Source of the DNA: Puniceicoccaceae bacterium
GTDB taxonomy: Bacteria; Verrucomicrobiota; Verrucomicrobiia; Opitutales; Oceanipulchritudinaceae
Direction: 5' to 3'
DNA: 64,000 bases
Assembly (NCBI GenBank): GCA_040830765.1
Contig: JBFOMH010000002.1
Location: 32,001 to 96,000 of the forward strand
Each line of letters starts with the position of its first letter. Positions within the stretch are counted from its first letter, which is position 1. Position numbers and translations under genes: made by a program. The notes under the pieces were generated by a model. The model saw only the letters and a list, made by a program, of their open reading frames with translations, was not told where the DNA came from and did not search any database. Shown piece after piece: positions 63,410 to 64,000 of this stretch.

Positions 63410-64000
63410 AAATTGTCAGGTTGTTCTTCCGGATCACGCTTTTCACCTTCTCGACATAGAGCCACTGTTCCTGGGAATATCGGTAAAGGCCATCCGCCAG
63501 CTCAAGACCGGTCGGTGAACGGCCCTCAAGGCGGCTTTGCTCGCGGCGGAAACGCAGCGATGCATAAGCGGAATTGGAATTGAGGTTATTGATGTAGGCG
63601 AGAAAGGACTCCCGCGGGGAATAGTAACTGGCGACTTCATAGGTCGCCCCGGCCGGGCGTTTGCGGGGAACAATGCCGCATCCGGGCTCGTAACACCACA
63701 TCCCGAAAAGGTTGTTGCCCTGCTGGGCGAAGCGACTGGTCCCCCACCCGCTTTCCAAGGCAGCCTGAGCCAGAGCCAACGACGCCGGAATGATATCGAG
63801 GCGGCGTTCCAGTTCCTCCAGCTGCTCCGGGGCCGGCTGCTCAAACCGCTCAAACTCGAGTCCGACAGCATCCCCGGTAACCTGGAGCCAGTAGAGGTGG
63901 CGACGATTGAGAGGGCCGAGACGGGCCTGACGCTCAATCGCCAGCAACTGCCGGCGCAGGGCCAGCACGTTGGCGTTGCTCTCTTCAATGTAGGGATGCA
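63402..64000 (-). CDS. Glucosaminidase (GH73, Bax-like), 5' end outside the window
   Basis: LAQAALESGWGTSRFA, NNLFG and YS motifs; frame open to the window edge. Confidence 0.85.
   Translation of the reverse strand, partial: HPYIEESNANVLALRRQLLAIERQARLGPLNRRHLYWLQVTGDAVGLEFERFEQPAPEQLEELERRLDIIPASLALAQAALESGWGTSRFAQQGNNLFGMWCYEPGCGIVPRKRPAGATYEVASYYSPRESFLAYINNLNSNSAYASLRFRREQSRLEGRSPTGLELADGLYRYSQEQWLYVEKVKSVIRKNNLTIYD

Overview
GC-rich bacterial chromosomal window, probably from Verrucomicrobiota (Opitutae/Puniceicoccales-like; inferred from gene content and order). Most of it is housekeeping: rsmE, ribH-nusB-ftsY-aroB, a Dpp-type ABC transporter, PPi-type pfk, xylAB, a Fur-family gene heading sufCBD-sufT, ppdK, tatC, metG, argH, gnd, an RND efflux operon, tRNA-Ala(CGC), yifB/comM, DAHP synthase, rluA-like, maf, rpsU, clpB and oppA. 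A block of secreted or surface proteins follows the tRNA (about 41.4-51.9 kb). The most unusual signal is a dispersed family of AT-rich hexamer arms, core AATCTT-AGCCTT-AATCTT, at seven intergenic loci. One locus is a four-helix-bundle (23S-IVS/bAvd-like) gene enclosed by a perfect 34-bp inverted repeat made of these arms. Four loci are empty inverted pairs with the same polarity, and two are solo arms next to start codons. This suggests an undescribed gene-plus-repeat element with non-autonomous copies. Other candidates are a Trp-rich C-terminal putative sorting domain, a His/acidic-rich 1378-aa secreted protein, a 46-aa basic orphan ORF, a PerR-like operator and a sigma54/IHF-like layout upstream of clpB. 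All calls come from reading motifs by eye; no database searches were run.
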